Below the pieces are notes generated by a model. The model searched no databases and was not told the DNA's origin. It worked only from the letters and a program-made list of their open reading frames with translations. From Saprospirales bacterium (GTDB taxonomy: Bacteria; Bacteroidota; Bacteroidia; Chitinophagales; CAMDFR01), in contig CANHVE010000003.1 in NCBI GenBank assembly GCA_947464015.1, positions 1 through 40,102 of the forward strand: a stretch of 40,102 bases of DNA, read 5' to 3'. A program made the translations under genes and the position numbers. How positions within the stretch are numbered: the stretch's first letter is position 1; each line of letters begins with the position of its first letter. This document shows positions 26,157 through 35,720 of the stretch, piece after piece.

Positions 26157-26720
26157 TTATGGTAGATCACTTGTGTTTATTTTAACTTTACCTGTAACTT
26201 GTCGAATGGTATACGAACTAAAATCTTCTTTAGCATCTAAACCTCGTCCATAGATAATTTGTTCGCTAGTTGTAATTTTTACAAATCCAGGAGTACTAAT
26301 CAATTTTTTTTTCTGACTCCAAAGCAATTCCTCTGTGTTTAGCTTTTCTCCTTTTGCATTTACTACTACCACATCGTTTTTAGCTAACATTCCTTCTATT
26401 TCTCCACTCACTTCATTAAGCACAGCATAACGAGCCGTTAATGAACTTTCAATATCTCCAGCAGGATTATAGGAATAAGCTTTGATACCTTTTGGAAACT
26501 CGGTATAATTTTTTCCTTCAGAATGATGAATGGTTTCGGTGGCAGTAATTTTCATACGCATGATTCCGTCATTACTCACATGGACTTCTACGTTTTTCCC
26601 AATTTCTTCACCTATGTTTTTTTGTGAGGCAATTTCATCTATTTTTTTCAAATCGTTTACACAGGCGCTAAATAGCAGCGTTGTACATACAAAAAACAAT
26701 ATAGGAAAGATAGATTTCAT
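26157..26720 (-). CDS. lptC: LPS export protein LptC (lipoprotein type)
   Basis: Lipobox FSAC; YTEFPKGI, DVVVVNAKGEKLNTEELLWSQ and IYGRGLDAKEDFSSY; upstream of the hemolysin gene as is common in Bacteroidota. Confidence 0.85.
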   Translation of the reverse strand: MKSIFPILFFVCTTLLFSACVNDLKKIDEIASQKNIGEEIGKNVEVHVSNDGIMRMKITATETIHHSEGKNYTEFPKGIKAYSYNPAGDIESSLTARYAVLNEVSGEIEGMLAKNDVVVVNAKGEKLNTEELLWSQKKKLISTPGFVKITTSEQIIYGRGLDAKEDFSSYTIRQVTGKVKINTSDLP

Positions 26721-26728
26721 GCTCGTTT

Positions 26729-26736
26729 CAAAGATA
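26729..26736 (-). promoter_or_regulatory. -7 promoter box for lptC
   Basis: Minus strand TATCTTTG, 8 nt from the ATG and downstream of a terminator. Confidence 0.5.
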
Positions 26737-26762
26737 GCTAAATTATAGCCAGCTATAAAAAT

Positions 26763-26791
26763 AAAAAAGGCTTAGAATTACCTAAGCCTTT
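26763..26791 (-). terminator. Intrinsic terminator closing the lipoprotein/beta-barrel unit
   Basis: Minus strand AAAGGCTTAG-GTAATT-CTAAGCC-TTTTTT, just after the barrel gene stop. Confidence 0.88.
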
Positions 26792-26802
26792 CATTAGTCT
26801 AA

Positions 26803-27603
26803 TTATTTTTCTTTTTTCTGGAGTTTGATTATAGGATATAATTGGAATCGTACCCCTAAGTATCCGTTGAGGTTAGTTCCATTTGAAATTACAACAGCAC
26901 TAAATCGTTGGGCTGGCAAATTACTATAAATATCTCTTTCATAACTATCATAATAAGAGTGATAGAATCTATTAAGTCCTAAACTATAATTAACCCCTAC
27001 ATACACGGAGAAAAAATTACGACTATAACCTAATTCGGTTCCAAATTGTAAATGATATAAATGATTATTAATTGTTTTATGTTTTGTTTCAGTAAAAGCA
27101 AACTCTAAAACTAATGTGTCGTTTCTACCTAAGCCTGAACCGCTGAGTGGCTCAGTATAACTTCGATCATTAGAATAATTATAAGAAAATCCTATATTCG
27201 GACTAATATAAATTCCTTTATATATAGGCTGACGATACGCGAAACGGATTGGGATACTCCAAAAATCACCACCCCTGCCAATTCCTTGAGTAACTTTAGT
27301 TAGAAATGTTTTTTCGGTTGTATAATCAGACACTACCATAGACTGAGAAGCGCCATACATAAAAGCTTTGTGCTCCAGACCAGTACTTAGATAGAGGTGT
27401 TTATATAGTTGAATATCTATTAAAACGCCCCACATATACTTGTTGAATTGTTCGCTTTTAAAGGAAAGAGCATTATCAAGGTTATAAGTGTTGTACTGAT
27501 ACATTTTTGATATACCGTTAATATAACTTAACGAAACACTTGTACCTGCTATACCCTGTTTAATACAAAGTAAAAAAAGAAAAATAATTAATGTTTTTTT
27601 CAT
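26803..27603 (-). CDS. Outer-membrane beta-barrel protein (small, about 8-strand type)
   Basis: Signal peptide and alternating beta-strands (LYLSTGLE, SIPIRFAY, ISPNIGFSYNY, QFGTELGY, YVGVNYSLGL, YLGVRFQL). Its ATG overlaps the upstream stop (TAATG). Confidence 0.75.
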   Translation of the reverse strand: MKKTLIIFLFLLCIKQGIAGTSVSLSYINGISKMYQYNTYNLDNALSFKSEQFNKYMWGVLIDIQLYKHLYLSTGLEHKAFMYGASQSMVVSDYTTEKTFLTKVTQGIGRGGDFWSIPIRFAYRQPIYKGIYISPNIGFSYNYSNDRSYTEPLSGSGLGRNDTLVLEFAFTETKHKTINNHLYHLQFGTELGYSRNFFSVYVGVNYSLGLNRFYHSYYDSYERDIYSNLPAQRFSAVVISNGTNLNGYLGVRFQLYPIIKLQKKEK

Positions 27604-28628
27604 TAGAAATCGTTTATTTGTCGGGTTAAAAATGGATAACTAAAATAATGAACACCATCTAAAGTTTTAAAACTAAAAGTAGTAATTAATTTATAATTTT
27701 TACAGTCTCTGGTATCTCTATAAGTAATAACATCATACTTCTTTTTATTTGTAACCGTAAAATGTAATGTACCATTTACTGATGGTCTACATCTAGGAGT
27801 ATAGAAATATTCAATATCGAAAGTGCTTTCAGCTGTTCTCAGAAAATAGCTAAGATTTTGTCCTAATATATTTCCACCCGAAGGAGAGGTAGGCCAATAG
27901 TTTTCATAGTGAGAATATAGTTTTACGGAAATACCGATTTTTTTATATTCGACATTCATTCTATAAACATAATTATCTCGACCATAGAAATAGGGAAATG
28001 AATATGGGTCATCCTTTTCATTAGCACGTCTATCTCTACAGATAGATTTTGCAGCATCATCAGGATTTTCAGGACTTACTCCTCCTTGTTCTTCTAATAT
28101 AGAAAACACTTCGTCATCAAAACTAAATGACTGTATAATACTACTACCTTCACTAGCTGCTTCTAGTATAGGCAAAGAAGCTATATTGTCTTTGCTCATT
28201 ACTAAAACAGTTCTAGTTGTTGGGATTAATTTAAAGATATAATTTTGAACTTGAATGATCCCTTTATTATTTAGCACAGCAGCAACTTGATTATCACCTA
28301 ATGCCTCTGTTTCTGTAGCATTCTCTGTATATAAAGAATGAAAACCAATACTGTTTTGCCAATCAATAATTTCTTCTTCTTCAATGTAGGTAACTATAGT
28401 ATTAAAGTCTTCTTCCGATTCAAAAGCTAATCGACCATCAATTAATGAATAATGGATGGGTTTAGGTGCTTCATCTAGTTTATTAGATTGTCCTACTTTT
28501 TTGCTTGGTGTATAGATTAATTCTTTAATGTTTTTTTGTTGGTATTTTTCATCCATACCAATTTTTTTGCATGCGCTCAAGTAAAAAGTGAGCGCAATAA
28601 TTCCTAAATAAAAAATGTTTTTTTTCAT
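27603..28628 (-). CDS. Uncharacterised two-domain lipoprotein, paralog A (DUF4848-like N-domain)
   Basis: Lipobox LSAC (Cys20); DGRLAFESEEDF, FHSLY and LNNKGIIQV; Cys-containing C-domain. The family resemblance is from memory only. Confidence 0.7.
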   Translation of the reverse strand: MKKNIFYLGIIALTFYLSACKKIGMDEKYQQKNIKELIYTPSKKVGQSNKLDEAPKPIHYSLIDGRLAFESEEDFNTIVTYIEEEEIIDWQNSIGFHSLYTENATETEALGDNQVAAVLNNKGIIQVQNYIFKLIPTTRTVLVMSKDNIASLPILEAASEGSSIIQSFSFDDEVFSILEEQGGVSPENPDDAAKSICRDRRANEKDDPYSFPYFYGRDNYVYRMNVEYKKIGISVKLYSHYENYWPTSPSGGNILGQNLSYFLRTAESTFDIEYFYTPRCRPSVNGTLHFTVTNKKKYDVITYRDTRDCKNYKLITTFSFKTLDGVHYFSYPFLTRQINDF

Positions 28629-28683
28629 GTGTTTTGTTTTAAAAATGATTAATGTTCTTTCTGGCTAGAAGTAAGTTATTTGT

Positions 28684-28738
28684 CAAAAATAATAGTAATA
28701 TAATTTTATACCTGATTATAAGCATTTGTATTCGCTTA
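28684..28738 (-). promoter_or_regulatory. Promoter/operator block, copy A
   Basis: Minus strand TATTTTTG -7 box (28684-28691) plus a 29-bp block (28710-28738) that is 25/29 identical to copy B. Confidence 0.7.
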
Positions 28739-28788
28739 ATATCGTATAGAAAGAAAGGACTCCAACCTGATTATATTATATAATGCTG

Positions 28789-29814
28789 TTAATCAAGAAT
28801 GTTTAACGAAAAAACATCTCTTCTCCAAATCAACGTATAGTATGATTGAAAACTAAATGTGCTGCTAAGAGAATAGTTTTTGCAATCGCGAGTATTGGAA
28901 TATACATTATATGAGCCATTTTTTTTATCTGAAATGATAATATCTACTTCATTTGAAACAGTACTTCTACATCGAGGAGTATATTTGTATACTAGGTGAA
29001 ATAGCGTGTTTTTTGTTTTTAGCGAAGCACTTTCAAAAGCTCTTCTACTACTTTCAATCGTTTTATTTGTATTGGAGTATTTACAAATCAATTGAACAGC
29101 AATACCTATTTTCTTATATTCAAGTGTACCTCTAAACTCTATTGAATGCATTGATGCATCGTCTGATCTAAAGTAATAGCCAGGCTCTGTATAGTATATA
29201 GCCTGCGTTTTGGAGTTTTCGTTTGCATAACGATCCCTGCATATCGATTTTTCTTCAGTTGCTCCAGAAGGATTTACACCTCCTTGCTCTTCTAGCTTTC
29301 CAAACACTTCATCGTCAAATGAAAAAGCCTGAATCAAAGAGTTTCCATCTGTAGCTCCTTCAAGCTCATATAAATGGTCAATCGTAGCATCACTTAATAC
29401 CAATACCTTTCTGCTTGCGGGAATAAGCTTGAATATATAATGCCCAACCTGCACTATTCCATTTCTATTCAATGTTGCATAAACGGTATACTTCTCATCC
29501 TCAAGTAAAGTACTATATAAGGAATGAAAATCAATACTGCTTTCCCATCCAACAATGTCGTCTTCTTCCAGATAATTTATAAACTGATTGAAATCATCTT
29601 CATTATTAAACTTCAATCTTCCATCAATCATTGAATAGGTAATCGATTCAGGTGCATCGCTTAATTTGTGCGCTTGGTTTAAATTGTTTTTTATATAGAA
29701 CGTAAATGTTTTTAGCTCTTTCTGAATATACTTCGTTTCGCTTGTTTTTTTAGTACAAGTAATTAGAAGGACAGACAAAAAAAGTAGACTTAAATAATAG
29801 ATTTTTTTCTCCAT
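28789..29814 (-). CDS. Uncharacterised two-domain lipoprotein, paralog B
   Basis: Start MEKKIYY at 29814 gives 341 aa with lipobox Cys20; shares DGRL, FHSLY, YIFKLIP, FSFDDEVF, LEEQGGV, KSICRDR, EYKKIGI, YTPRCR and TRDCKNY with paralog A. Confidence 0.75.
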   Translation of the reverse strand: MEKKIYYLSLLFLSVLLITCTKKTSETKYIQKELKTFTFYIKNNLNQAHKLSDAPESITYSMIDGRLKFNNEDDFNQFINYLEEDDIVGWESSIDFHSLYSTLLEDEKYTVYATLNRNGIVQVGHYIFKLIPASRKVLVLSDATIDHLYELEGATDGNSLIQAFSFDDEVFGKLEEQGGVNPSGATEEKSICRDRYANENSKTQAIYYTEPGYYFRSDDASMHSIEFRGTLEYKKIGIAVQLICKYSNTNKTIESSRRAFESASLKTKNTLFHLVYKYTPRCRSTVSNEVDIIISDKKNGSYNVYSNTRDCKNYSLSSTFSFQSYYTLIWRRDVFSLNILD

Positions 29815-29863
29815 GGGTTTAGTTATTTGATTAAAAAAGATTCTTGCCAGAAAGATGTCGGAG

Positions 29864-29918
29864 CAAAAATAGTAGTAGCTTCTACACACACCTCATTTTA
29901 AGCATTTATATTCGTTTA
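29864..29918 (-). promoter_or_regulatory. Promoter/operator block, copy B
   Basis: Minus strand TATTTTTG (29864-29871) and the conserved block 29890-29918, at the same spacing as in copy A. Confidence 0.7.
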
Positions 29919-29954
29919 CACGAAAATAAACTTATAACCAAAACCATAGAAACC

Positions 29955-30857
29955 TTATTTTACTAGGTTTTTAAGACATTCACTGAGCATGCCATATTGA
30001 AATTGAAATCCTGTTTGTACAAGTTTTTTTGAACTGCAACATTGTCCATCCAAAACTAATGATGCACTTTCTCCTAATCCCATTTTTATAGCAATAGATG
30101 GTATTCCAAATACAGGGCTGATTGGTTTTTTAAGTTGAGCTAATATTTTAATAAATTCTTTTTGACGAGTGTTTTCAGGGGCATTAATATTATAGATTCC
30201 TTTAGTTGTAGTATTCTCCATAAAGAAAAGCACCACCTTACATAAATCCTCCACATGAATCCATGGCATGTATTGATCTCCTTTTCCAAAATAATTTAGT
30301 GAAAGGGGATACGATATTATTAATTTTGGAAAAGCACCTTGATTGGCATCTAATACCATTGGGATACGCATTATAATATGTCTTTTGGTAAAAGACAGCA
30401 GATTTTGATGTGCCTTTTCCCATAAAACACAAGTTTCAGCCAAAAAATTATGACCAGCTGGGCTCTCTTCATCAACAATATGATCATTCACATTTCCATA
30501 AAAACCAGTAGCGGACGCACCAATATAACAATCGAGCATTATTTTCTTTTTAGCTAATAGCTCAAAAAGCATATGGGTACTTTTCACTCTACTCGAAATA
30601 ATATGCTCCTTTTGCTCAATGGTCCATGATTTAGCTCCAATATTCTCTCCTGCTAAATGTATGATACAGCCCACTTCCTCAATAGCCGTTTCTTCCACTT
30701 GATTTTTCTCTATGTCCCATAAAAACGAGTTAATCCTAGGGTCAACAATGCGTTTCCTGCTGAGTGTGTTTATTTTATATCCTTTTTCGAGTAAAAGATG
30801 GATCATTTTCTGTGCAATAAATCCAGTTGCACCTGTTATTAATACTTTTTTATTCAT
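29955..30857 (-). CDS. TIGR01777 family NAD-dependent epimerase/oxidoreductase (YfcH-like)
   Basis: VLITGATGFIA, IIHLAGENI, ASATGFYG, FLAETCVLWE and GDQYMPWIHVEDL. Confidence 0.92.
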   Translation of the reverse strand: MNKKVLITGATGFIAQKMIHLLLEKGYKINTLSRKRIVDPRINSFLWDIEKNQVEETAIEEVGCIIHLAGENIGAKSWTIEQKEHIISSRVKSTHMLFELLAKKKIMLDCYIGASATGFYGNVNDHIVDEESPAGHNFLAETCVLWEKAHQNLLSFTKRHIIMRIPMVLDANQGAFPKLIISYPLSLNYFGKGDQYMPWIHVEDLCKVVLFFMENTTTKGIYNINAPENTRQKEFIKILAQLKKPISPVFGIPSIAIKMGLGESASLVLDGQCCSSKKLVQTGFQFQYGMLSECLKNLVK

Positions 30858-30897
30858 TTTTTAACCTTTACAGTAAATACAACAACTTTTAAGCATA

Positions 30898-30928
30898 TTT
30901 GTTATAATGATAATATCAATTATCTTTG
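30898..30928 (+). promoter_or_regulatory. Bacteroidota primary-sigma promoter of the opp-like operon
   Basis: TTTG (30898-30901)-N19-TATCTTTG (30921-30928), the full -33/-7 consensus. Confidence 0.75.
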
Positions 30929-30966
30929 GCAGCTCATTTTTAATCTAAAATTTAGTCAACATAATA

Positions 30967-32754
30967 ATGAAAAAAATAGTTTATCAAATCAGTGTAGTAT
31001 TGGCAAGTGTACTTATTTTAAGTTCTTGCGGCGGTGGTAAAAAAGGATCAAAAGTTAAATCCTCTAGAGCAGGTATCAACGAAGTAATTATTAGAGAATC
31101 GGCTGATTGTGATAAAATTAATCCATATACATCAACAAGCGCAAATTCTAGATATGTTGAAAGCAATGTGTTTATGGCTTTATTAGATGTTGATCCTAAT
31201 AACTTAGAAATGATAGGATCTTTAGCCGTATCACGTCCAACAATTACTGAAATTACAGACGGGGAATATAAAGGCGGAATGTCAATTGCTTATGAGCTTA
31301 GACCAGAAGCAAAATGGGATAATGGTTCACCAGTAACGGCAAATGATGTGGTTTTTACAATGAAAGCATTAAAAAACCCAAATACTAATTGCGAAAACTT
31401 AAGACCTTATTTTGAATTTATTAGTGATGTGGTTGTAGATCCTTCAAACAATAGAAAATTTACTTTTTTCTGTAAAGAAAAATATTTTACAGCTGAAGAA
31501 AACTCTGGGATTACCGTATTGCCTGAGCAATCATATGACCCACAAGGATTGATGAGAAAATTCACTATTAAAGAGTTGAATGATCCAAGTAAATTAAGTG
31601 CATTAAAAGTTAATCCGGATATTATCAAATTTGCAGATTTATTTAATGGGGAAGCTACAGGTAGAGAGCCTAAAAACATTGTAGGATGTGGACCATATAC
31701 AGTTGCAGAATTTACTACAGGTCAAAGAATAGTATTGAAAAGAAAAGCAAATTGGTGGGGTGATCAATTTAAAGGTAAAGTATATGGCTTTGAAGCGAAT
31801 CCTACAAAAATCACTTATGAAATTATTACCGATGAAGCTTCTGCTAAATCTTCTTTATTAGGTGAAAAAACGGATATTACTCAAGGGATTACGGCTAAAA
31901 CGTATTTAGAATTAGCTAAGACTAATATTGTTACAGATAGATACAATCCTGCAACTCCTGATCAATTTGCATATTCTTATTTTGGTTTAAATATGAGAAA
32001 CTCTAAATTAAGCGATTTACGTGTAAGACAGGCTTTAGCTCATTTAGTAGATGTAGACAAAATTATCAAAATCGTTTCTTATGGTATGGCTAAAAGAGTA
32101 ACTGGTCCAATCAGTTTTATGAAACCTTATTATAATAAAGATTTAGCTCCAATAGCTTACGATGTAGAAAAAGCTAAAACATTATTAGAAGCTGCAGGAT
32201 GGAAAGATTCAGATGGAGACGGCGTTAGAGATAAAATGATTGATGGTAAAAAAACAGATTTAACATTAGAATTAAAATATCCTTCAGGAAGTCCAGCAGC
32301 AGATGCCATTGCTTCTATGTTGACAGAATGGTGTAAATCTGCAGGAGTTACTATTACTACTTCTACAAAAGAGTGGACAGTATTCATAGAAGATACTAAA
32401 CGTCATAATTTTGAAATGTATTTTGGATCTTGGATTGGTGGACATACACTAGATGATATGAAACAAATCTGGCATACTCAATCATATAATGGAGGAGGAA
32501 ACTATATTGGATTTGGTACTATTGAATCAGATCAATTGATTGAAAAAATCAGATATGAATTAAATGAAGAAAAAAGAAATGAATATTATAAACAAATTCA
32601 AAAAATCATTTATGATCAACAACCATACATCTTCATTTCATCTCCTAAAAACAGATTGTTTATCCATAAAAGATTTGAAAACGCTAATACTTATGTAATC
32701 AGACCAGGATTCTTTGAAAAAGAATTCAGATTAAATAAAGATTTTGGTAATTAA
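30967..32754 (+). CDS. Peptide ABC transporter substrate-binding lipoprotein (SBP family 5)
   Basis: Lipobox LSSC; YELRPEAKWDNGSPVTANDVVFT, VGCGPY and GWKDSDGDGVRDK; clear paralog of 12965-14725. Confidence 0.92.
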   Translation: MKKIVYQISVVLASVLILSSCGGGKKGSKVKSSRAGINEVIIRESADCDKINPYTSTSANSRYVESNVFMALLDVDPNNLEMIGSLAVSRPTITEITDGEYKGGMSIAYELRPEAKWDNGSPVTANDVVFTMKALKNPNTNCENLRPYFEFISDVVVDPSNNRKFTFFCKEKYFTAEENSGITVLPEQSYDPQGLMRKFTIKELNDPSKLSALKVNPDIIKFADLFNGEATGREPKNIVGCGPYTVAEFTTGQRIVLKRKANWWGDQFKGKVYGFEANPTKITYEIITDEASAKSSLLGEKTDITQGITAKTYLELAKTNIVTDRYNPATPDQFAYSYFGLNMRNSKLSDLRVRQALAHLVDVDKIIKIVSYGMAKRVTGPISFMKPYYNKDLAPIAYDVEKAKTLLEAAGWKDSDGDGVRDKMIDGKKTDLTLELKYPSGSPAADAIASMLTEWCKSAGVTITTSTKEWTVFIEDTKRHNFEMYFGSWIGGHTLDDMKQIWHTQSYNGGGNYIGFGTIESDQLIEKIRYELNEEKRNEYYKQIQKIIYDQQPYIFISSPKNRLFIHKRFENANTYVIRPGFFEKEFRLNKDFGN

Positions 32755-32812
32755 TATTTTTAAAGAACTTTTCAGGGTATTCAATAAATGCATTCAAATT
32801 AAATAGAAATAG

Positions 32813-34351
32813 ATGTTTAAATACGTATTAAAAAGGTTGCTTTATTTTGTTCCTACATTTATAGTTATTTCATTAATAACGTTTATGTTAGGTCAAATGG
32901 CTCCAGGCGATCCAGTAGAATTGAAATTAAAAGGAGGAATGGGTGGATCTGCCAATGGGCAATCTTCTGAAAAAATGGCTGGTGAAAAAGCTTATATGGA
33001 ACTGAGCGAAAAACTTGGTAAAAACTTACCTGCTTTTTATTTTAGTATTACTAGTGCAGCATATCCAGATACTTTATACAAAATTCCACGTCAAAATGAA
33101 CGTAAAAATTTAGATCGTTTAATTAGTATGTATGGCAATTGGAACAATGTATCAGACTATTATAAAAACGCTAAATTACTAGAGCAAAAATTATTTCAAT
33201 TCTCTAATACAAACTTAGACGAAGCTTCATATGAAAAACTAAAAGCATTACGAGATAATAACTCCGAATTATTTATAAATTATGATAAAGTAAAAATTGG
33301 CGAATCGCTTAAAACCATTCAAGCGGCAGCTATTCATACAACCACTATCAAAACAGATAGTACTCATACAAAAACGATTCAACCTTTTATTTTTGCATTA
33401 CCAGAGGTAAACAACCTAGTTGCTAGTTACACTAAAATGAACAATGAAATCAATACCTCTAATAATTATGTACCGGCATTTCATTGGTTTGGATTAAACA
33501 ATCAATATCACCGTTGGTTATTTGGAGATGTTCCTTGGTTTGGTAAAAACGATAATCCTTCAAAAGTTTCTAAAGGATTTTTTAGAGGAGATTTTGGCAA
33601 TTCAATTCTTGATAATAGACCTGTAGCATCTATATTGATTGAGGCAGTTAAATTAACTTTATTAATTAATTTCTTCGAGTTTTTCTTTATCTATATAATA
33701 GCAATTCCATTAGGTGTTTCATTAGCCGTTAAAAAAGGAACCTCTTATGATAGAATTGTAACCACATTGAACTTTATGTTGTATTCTTTACCAGCATTTT
33801 GGATTGCAACTATGTGTATTATTTTCTTTACTAATCCTTATTATGGAGAGGCATTAAATTTATTCCCTGATCATGGAATTGGTAAAACAGGTGCAGATTT
33901 TGGTTTCTGGGAAAAAGCCGTAGACAGAGCTTATCATTTGATATTGCCAATGTTTTGTATGTTATTAGGTGCTTTTGCTTTTATTTCACGAATGATGCGT
34001 GGAAGTATGTTGAATGTGATTCGTCAAGATTATATCAGAACAGCCTTTGCAAAAGGCTTAGAACCACGCAAAGTGTTTTGGAAACACGCTTTTAGAAATT
34101 CATTAATACCTATCATCACTATGTTTGCTAGTTTTTTACCAGCGATGATTAGTGGAGCAGTTATTATCGAATATATATTTACGATACCTGCCATGGGACG
34201 TATTAGTTATGAATCAGTAGTAGCAAGAAATTTCCCAGTATTGTTTACCATTCTGATGTTTGCAGCGATACTAACCATGTTAGGAAACTTATTAGCAGAT
34301 ATTTTATACGGATTTGTAGATCCTAGAATTTCACTTACTAAAAAAGCATAA
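32813..34351 (+). CDS. Peptide ABC transporter permease (OppB/DppB-like) with a large periplasmic insertion
   Basis: YVLKRLL, APGDP, GDFGNS, DYIRTAFAKGL, HAFRNSLIP and LYGFVDPRI. Confidence 0.92.
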   Translation: MFKYVLKRLLYFVPTFIVISLITFMLGQMAPGDPVELKLKGGMGGSANGQSSEKMAGEKAYMELSEKLGKNLPAFYFSITSAAYPDTLYKIPRQNERKNLDRLISMYGNWNNVSDYYKNAKLLEQKLFQFSNTNLDEASYEKLKALRDNNSELFINYDKVKIGESLKTIQAAAIHTTTIKTDSTHTKTIQPFIFALPEVNNLVASYTKMNNEINTSNNYVPAFHWFGLNNQYHRWLFGDVPWFGKNDNPSKVSKGFFRGDFGNSILDNRPVASILIEAVKLTLLINFFEFFFIYIIAIPLGVSLAVKKGTSYDRIVTTLNFMLYSLPAFWIATMCIIFFTNPYYGEALNLFPDHGIGKTGADFGFWEKAVDRAYHLILPMFCMLLGAFAFISRMMRGSMLNVIRQDYIRTAFAKGLEPRKVFWKHAFRNSLIPIITMFASFLPAMISGAVIIEYIFTIPAMGRISYESVVARNFPVLFTILMFAAILTMLGNLLADILYGFVDPRISLTKKA

Positions 34352-35673
34352 TGGCAACGAATAACACATCTAATAATACCTCTAGAGAAATTAGTACACA
34401 GGCAGATCAAAGCTATTGGGCTATTGTAAAGAGACAATTCAAAAAGAACAAATTAGCTGTTTGGTCTTTACGTATCATTATTTTTATTATTACAGTGGGT
34501 CTTTTAGCTGATTTTTTAGCGAATGATAAACCCTTATATTGTTCTTATAAAGGCAATACTTATTTCCCTGTTCTTAAAGAATATGCAGTAGATATGCGCT
34601 TAAGTAAATGGCCCGAAGAGCTTAACAATGTGGTATGGAAAGACTTAAAATATGATGCCGTAATATTTGCTCCAATACCTTACGCTCCCGAAAAGACTGA
34701 CGATAAAAATAATGATTATAAAAGTCCAATGGGTAGTCAAGAAATCGTTTCAACACGATGGAGACATTGGTTAGGAACAGACCAATTAGGTAGAGATTTA
34801 TTATCTGGCTTGATACATGGTACTCGTATTGCCATGCTTGTAGGCGTTGTATCAATGTCAATTGCTTCCGTTATTGGTATTTTATTAGGCTCGCTTGCAG
34901 GCTATTATGGAGATGAAAAATTAAAAATTTCTCTTGCACGACTTATCCTAAATATTATAGGTGTTCCATTAGCATTGTTTTACGCATTTAATACAAGAGG
35001 CTATATTTTAGAAGATGCATTAGCAGATTCTTTTGGTAGTTTTTGTATATCATTTTTAATTAGTTTTTTCTTATTCTTGATTTTAATGCTAATCCCAAAT
35101 ATCATTACTATAGGGTTGAAAAAAATAGCTTTTTTAGATAAAAAAGTAACAATTCCAGTTGATATTTTAATTTCTAGAATGATTGAGGTCATTATGTCTA
35201 TCCCAACACTATTATTAATTCTATCTATTTGTGCAATCGTATCAAAACCATCTATCATGTTAATTATGGTTATTATCGGATTGACTGGATGGACAGGTAT
35301 AGCTAAGTTAATTAGAGGAGAATTATTAAAAGTACGTAGCCTTGAGTTTATAGAAGCAGCACAGTCTTTAGGTTATTCAGAAGCTCGTATTTTATTTAAA
35401 CACGCTATACCTAACTCACTTACTCCGGTTTTAATTTCAATTGCATTTGGTGTAGCCGGAGCAATTTTAGCAGAGTCTTCTTTATCCTTTTTAGGTATAG
35501 GTACTCAAGCAGATGTAATTACTTGGGGTAAATTATTAAGTAGTGCACGCGAATATGCACCAGCATGGTGGTTAGCTATTTTCCCAGGCTTTGCGATATT
35601 TGTAACCGTTACCATATTCAACTTCGTTGGAGAAGGTTTAACAGATGCAATCGATCCAAGACTAAAACAATAA
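34351..35673 (+). CDS. Peptide ABC transporter permease (OppC/DppC-like)
   Basis: HWLGTDQLGRDLLS, EFIEAAQSLG, AESSLSFLG and GEGLTDAIDPR. Confidence 0.93.
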   Translation: MATNNTSNNTSREISTQADQSYWAIVKRQFKKNKLAVWSLRIIIFIITVGLLADFLANDKPLYCSYKGNTYFPVLKEYAVDMRLSKWPEELNNVVWKDLKYDAVIFAPIPYAPEKTDDKNNDYKSPMGSQEIVSTRWRHWLGTDQLGRDLLSGLIHGTRIAMLVGVVSMSIASVIGILLGSLAGYYGDEKLKISLARLILNIIGVPLALFYAFNTRGYILEDALADSFGSFCISFLISFFLFLILMLIPNIITIGLKKIAFLDKKVTIPVDILISRMIEVIMSIPTLLLILSICAIVSKPSIMLIMVIIGLTGWTGIAKLIRGELLKVRSLEFIEAAQSLGYSEARILFKHAIPNSLTPVLISIAFGVAGAILAESSLSFLGIGTQADVITWGKLLSSAREYAPAWWLAIFPGFAIFVTVTIFNFVGEGLTDAIDPRLKQ

Positions 35674-35720
35674 TTCATCTTATCCCGTATTTTTAATTGA
35701 ATATGCACTAATTTCGTGTC

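Noticed and set aside
29815-29889. 25-aa N-terminal extension of lipoprotein paralog B in the ORF track
   Set aside because: It overlaps the conserved promoter; the start at 29814 gives a proper signal peptide and the same length as paralog A.
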